From: the human T2T-CHM13v2.0 reference genome, Homo sapiens
Reading direction: 5' to 3' (one strand)
Assembly: GCF_009914755.1 (NCBI RefSeq)
Contig: NC_060933.1
DNA: 64,000 bases
This document shows positions 58,771 to 64,000 of this stretch, piece by piece (position 1 is the stretch's first letter; every line of letters begins with the position of its first letter). Both the position numbers and the translations under genes were made by a program. The notes under the pieces are model-generated. The model did not search any database. It was not told the DNA's origin and saw nothing but the letters and a program-made list of their open reading frames with translations.

Positions 58771-60590
58771 TCTTTTCTGTCTATTGAGATGATCATGTGA
58801 TTTTTGTTTTGTATTCTATTGATGTGATGTAGTACATAAATTGATTTTCATATGTTAACTCAACCTTGCATCTGTAGGATAAATTCTTGGTCATGGTATA
58901 TAATTTTTTTATATGTTCCCGAATTTGGCTTGCTGGTATGTTGCTGAGGACTTTTACATACCTATTTATAAGAGGTACTATAGTTTTCTTTTCTTGTAAT
59001 GTCTTTGCTTTTTATATGAGGATAATAGCCTTGTAAAATGATTTGGGAAGTGTTTCCTTAAATTTTATGAAGAATTTTTGAAGAATTGGTATTAATTCTT
59101 TTTTAAATATTTGGTAGAATTCAGTAGTAAATCCATTCAGGTCTAGGCTTTTCTTTGTGGGTAATTTTATAGTTATGAGTTCATTTTCTTTGCTTGTTAT
59201 AGGTTGATTCAGATTTTCTATTTTTTCTTGAGTCAGTTTTGGTAGTTTGTGTCTAAGAATTTTCACATTTCTTCTAGGTTATCTAATTTGCTGGGTATAG
59301 TTGTTCATAGTATTCCTTACATTTTTATAGTTTTTTAAAGATTGGTAATATCCCCCCCTTTTATTTCTGATTCTCGTAATTTTAGGCTTCTCTTTATCAT
59401 GATCAGTCTAGCTAAAGGTTTGTCAATTTTGTTGATCTTTTTGAAGAACCAGCTTTTGGCTGTATTGTTCTTTCTCTTCTGTTTTTCTTTTCTCTATTGT
59501 ATTAATTTCTCCACTAATTTTTATTATTTCCTTCATTCTGCTTGCTTTAGGTTTAGTTTGCTTTTATTTTTATTGACTTGAGACTTTTCCACTTCCTTGA
59601 TATAGGCATTTATAGTTATATCCTTCCATCTTAGCACTGCTTTAGCTGCATTTCGTAAGTTGTTATATTTTGTTTTTATTTTCGCTAATCTCAGAGTGAT
59701 GTCCTCTTTGACCTGTTGCTTATTTAGAAGTGTGTTGTTTAATTTCCACTTATTTGTGAGCTTCTCAGTTTTCCAATTTTGATTCTGATTTCCAATTTTG
59801 TTCCATTGCATTAAAATTTTTTGACATTTGTTTTATGGCCAAGCATATGGTCTATCCTGACTAGAACTTCTAAGCTTGAACTTCTCTACACTGTGTTGCA
59901 AATAAAGTCAGTTTCTTTGGAAAGAGATTAGGCCTTGTTTTACATACTGCTTTTCCTTTCAAGCAAAGTCTCTGAGTCAGGCCTCTGGAGCTGAGGATGT
60001 GAACAATATTATGCTTCTCTTTGAGTGACCCCCCAACTCTAGGAGCTGATTGCTTAGTGGAAGGGAGGCAGCAGCCTAAGGTTCTCTTGGCTTGCCTCTC
60101 CTGGCATGACACCCGTGCATCACAAGCTGGGGTCTCAATATGCTGCACCCAAAGTAGAGCCTATATTCCATAATTTGGAGCTGGACAGAAGAAAGGAGTA
60201 CCCACTGCTCAATTGCACTTGCGTTGGACTTAGCCTCAGCAGCAGTTAGCTGGGGACAGGATGAGAATTGCTGATATCCTGTTCTTCCCGGGAAGAAAAC
60301 CCTCCAACTGGGAACAGGAGGAAGAGGGAGCCCTGTGTTCTTGGCTGCAGCTGTCTGGAATGGAGACTACACCGTGTTGAGCTGGAAAGGTGGAAGGAGG
60401 CAGTGGTTTTGGTTTAGATACCACAAACATTGCCTTTCATACTGATTGATAGATTTTCTTGGATAGATGTTTCTTCATTTGCTGTTTGATCTTAGGACCA
60501 TTTTTAGAGGCTTTAGGTGATTGTTAATAATTTTCACCAGTTTCACTGGAGAGTGGGTCAGGAGAGCTCTTCAATCATCATCTCTCAATG
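58771..60590 (-). mobile_element. Old L1M fragments (ORF2 N-terminal half plus 5'-type sequence)
   Basis: ORFs 59012-59266 (KLPKLTQEKIENLNQPIT...GFTTEFYQIFK) and 59533-59811 (WKLNNTLLN) are L1 ORF2-like. Confidence 0.7.
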
Positions 60591-62699
60591 TTTGTTGTTT
60601 TAAAACTGCTCAATTTTGGGGTAATTTGTTATACTTCAATAGATAAATACTGGATCAAAAGATACAATGGCAATTGTGATAGAGATTGTGAATTCACTGA
60701 CTTTAGAAGTTGTACCAACTTACACTTCCACCAGAAAATATAAGAAGGTGCTTATTTTTTCTACATTCCTGGCCATCATATTGTTTTTAAACTTTTTAAT
60801 TTTTTTATCTGAAATGTAAAAAATGATATCCTGAAGTAGTTTTCACTTGCATTTCTCTTATTATTTGTAAGTGAACTCTAAGGGCCATTTTATATCGTTT
60901 TCTATGGGATTTTTCTTTTATATATCTTTGTATATCCATTGTCGTGCCATGTCTAATTCATGTCCTATGGTGCCCTTCAAACTCACTATATTATGTAAAG
61001 AACTTATTGGCTTCTTCTTTTAGTTATTTTACTACCTAACTTTCTCACTATCACAGGCATGACATTTTCTTCCCTTTCTTTAAATTTCACATCTTGAGGG
61101 TAATCTTTGATACCTTTTGGACTCTTTGAACAGAAAATCAATGCCCAAGTTCAGTCACTTCCTCTTTTGCAGTGTCACTCAAATTTAGTAATTCCTCTGT
61201 GTCCTTAACTTTCAAATCCTCTATCTTGGTTCTCAGTAGCTCAGCTCTGAACATCTTATTGATTTCTTTTCCAAATATCAGTTCTGTTTTACATCTTTAC
61301 TTTGAGACAAAGGAAGATATAAGCCACCAAAGAAAATAATTTGTAAAATTCAAGTTAAAGGTAGCCAATGAAAATTCTAGGACTTTCTTAATGAATATCT
61401 GGAGGAAAAATGTAACCTTTAAGCTTGGATGCCTAGAGGATACCTCATGTTGCAAAGTAACCTGACTGTGAGATTTAGACATGCATGGCCATCATTAAAA
61501 CAGATATTTCCACCACATTTACCCATTCATCAGGTATCAATTGAATGTCATTTGATTGTCAGACCCTCTGAAAAAGTTAGAGAAAGAGATAGCTCTGCAT
61601 TTAGCTATTAAAGAATACTCTCTAATAGGAAAGACATTTGTAGAAAGAGACAATTTATAATAAGAATTTGATAAATACTATAATGATATTCATATTAATG
61701 TAATTATTTGATCTCTGGAAAAAGTTAAAAAAGTTCTCACTCTCACTAATTCTAAGTAATTAGAAGTTTATGTTGTTGAAAGTCAAATTTTGATTTCCTT
61801 AGTAGAATAATATCATACTAGAAAATATTTTTATAGTATGATTTTATTCTTATAAATTTGTAGAAAATATTATTTTCTATGATATGTAGATATTTAAGTT
61901 TACCTGTCACTTTATGAGTTTGTTATAAATTACTACTGGAAAAAGGACATTTTGAATATATCATTTGTTTATTAGCTCTACAAATCTAATTTCCTTGCTA
62001 TTATATATAAACTCTCACTTTAGATTATTGGTATCATAAGAGTACAACCACTGTATTTTGTCTTTAAATGCATAAGGAAACATAATCTCAGGAAGCAGGA
62101 GTAATAAACATTGAAGAAACAGTAACATGGAGTTTCATAGAAATATAAATACATTAGGAGCCATAAGAGCTTGAATTGTTCAACTTTTCTTTGAATAACT
62201 ACAAATGTGTGCCAAACTCCAGTATCTTTGCCTTAGACACAAATTTCATCCTGGCTTTAAAAATTAGTATTAGTAATACGTTATTTTTTCCATAAAGAAC
62301 TTTGAGTTTGGAGTAAAGCAAGAACAACTGCTATTATTTGCCTGCTAAAATTATATTGTGAATAATTTTGTAGACTTATCCAACAATGTGCTGTCCTGCA
62401 TTTTGTGTAACTCTAGGTACTGCAGCTTGTAATCCACCTACTGTTACAAATAATCTCAGGAAGTGAATTACTGTGTTTCTTTGCTGCTGCAGATCCATCC
62501 AGAGTTGAGCTATTAATCTGTTTCCTCCAGTCCTTTTTTTTTCATTACATTTGCTTCTATGGTTAATCTTTTTTGTGTTACTTTCTGTTTTTTCTTTTCC
62601 ATCAATAGTTATTTGACATCTATTTGTCTTAGGGCAGTGATCTCAGTATGGTCTGTCTGAAGACCTGTGCTAGTAAGGAGAATGTGCCAGAATGTATAG

Positions 62700-63051
<352 letters not shown>

Positions 63052-63566
63052 TCGTCTTGCTTTCTTTTATGGCCAACTAGTAACAACCAATTCACAGTCC
63101 TGCATTTTGAATAGCATTGCCTTAAGTTCCTATACTTTGTTACACACTACCTTCACTAGAGATACACTAAGCTTTGTTGGTAGAAGAGAATACAGTATGA
63201 AGAGAACTGGAATAGTGGTCTTCAGGGAATCACCAAATGCTCTTGAGGACCTCATTAAACATATAGGTGGTATAATTAATTATTTTTCCATCTGGATGTT
63301 TCCTTGAGTTGTTGCATTTGCTTTACTTTTATTGCACCTGAGGATGGAGGGAGGGAAGTGGTTTGGTGGGCAGGAGAGTGCACAGACTATGGGGCGTAGA
63401 ACAGTTACCATAAAGTCAGTCAATAGAAACATTTCTAACTGGGCAGGGTGAAGCTCTTTTTCATTTTGGTTTCAATGGATGGAGTGACTTCTCACATTAA
63501 TTACTGATTTGGAATTAGATTGGAGGATGTTAACTGTATTTTTAGGCAGACTTCTGGTTTTGATGA

Positions 63567-63937
63567 GGTATTAGTCTGTTCTCACACTGCTAATAAAGAT
63601 GTACCTGAGACTGGGTAATTTATAAAGGAAAAGAGGTGTAATTGATTCACAATTCCACATGGCTTGGGAGACCTCACAGTCATGGCAGAAGGTGAACGAG
63701 GAGCAAAGTCACATCTTACATTGTGGTAGACAAAAGAGCATGTACAGTGGAACTCGCTTTTATAAAACCATCAGGTCTTGTGAGACTTGTTCACTATCAT
63801 AAGAATGGGGTTGAGGGGCTAAGATTCCTCCCTGTGATTGAGTTACCCCCCAGCTGGGTCCCTCCCACCACATGTGGGGATTATGGGAGCTGCAATTCAA
63901 GATGAGATTTGGGTGGGGACACAGCCAAACCATATTA
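63567..63937 (-). mobile_element. THE1C-like MaLR solo LTR
   Basis: gtattagtctgttctcacactgctaataaag...gggacacagccaaaccatatta; perfect 5-bp TSD gatga. Confidence 0.92.
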
Positions 63938-64000
63938 GATGATATATGAATCTACTAATGCATTGTTTTATTGTTATGATAATTATGCTCTTCCCCCCAT

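Overview
Human (primate) genomic DNA, not prokaryotic. A human-specific AluYb8 is present. The only real protein-coding content is the 5' end of CNTLN (centlein, 9p22; recognised from the protein sequence): a CpG-island promoter, coding exon 1 (35704-36063) and exon 2 (43926-44014) on the + strand, with intron 2 running off the right edge. About 35 kb upstream and both introns are mostly transposon debris: ~22 Alus, nested L1s, a full-length L1PA7-like element carrying an LTR12 and an AluY, MaLR/ERVL LTRs, and Tigger/MER DNA transposons. A decayed RPL31 processed pseudogene (8897-9297, -) is missed by the ORF track. Nearly all other ORFs in the track are repeat-derived. I see no convincing new multi-gene system. 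The best leads are: (1) a sense-oriented LTR12 + L1 antisense-promoter cassette with an intact splice donor in CNTLN intron 2; (2) a donor/acceptor/PAS set predicting a spliced divergent transcript from the CNTLN promoter; (3) a tail-less, internally primed AluY; (4) a ~690-bp palindromic AT-rich expansion inside an MLT2A1 LTR; (5) a tight inverted Alu triplet in intron 1. Repeat subfamily calls are by eye from recalled consensus features, and boundaries of old repeats are approximate.
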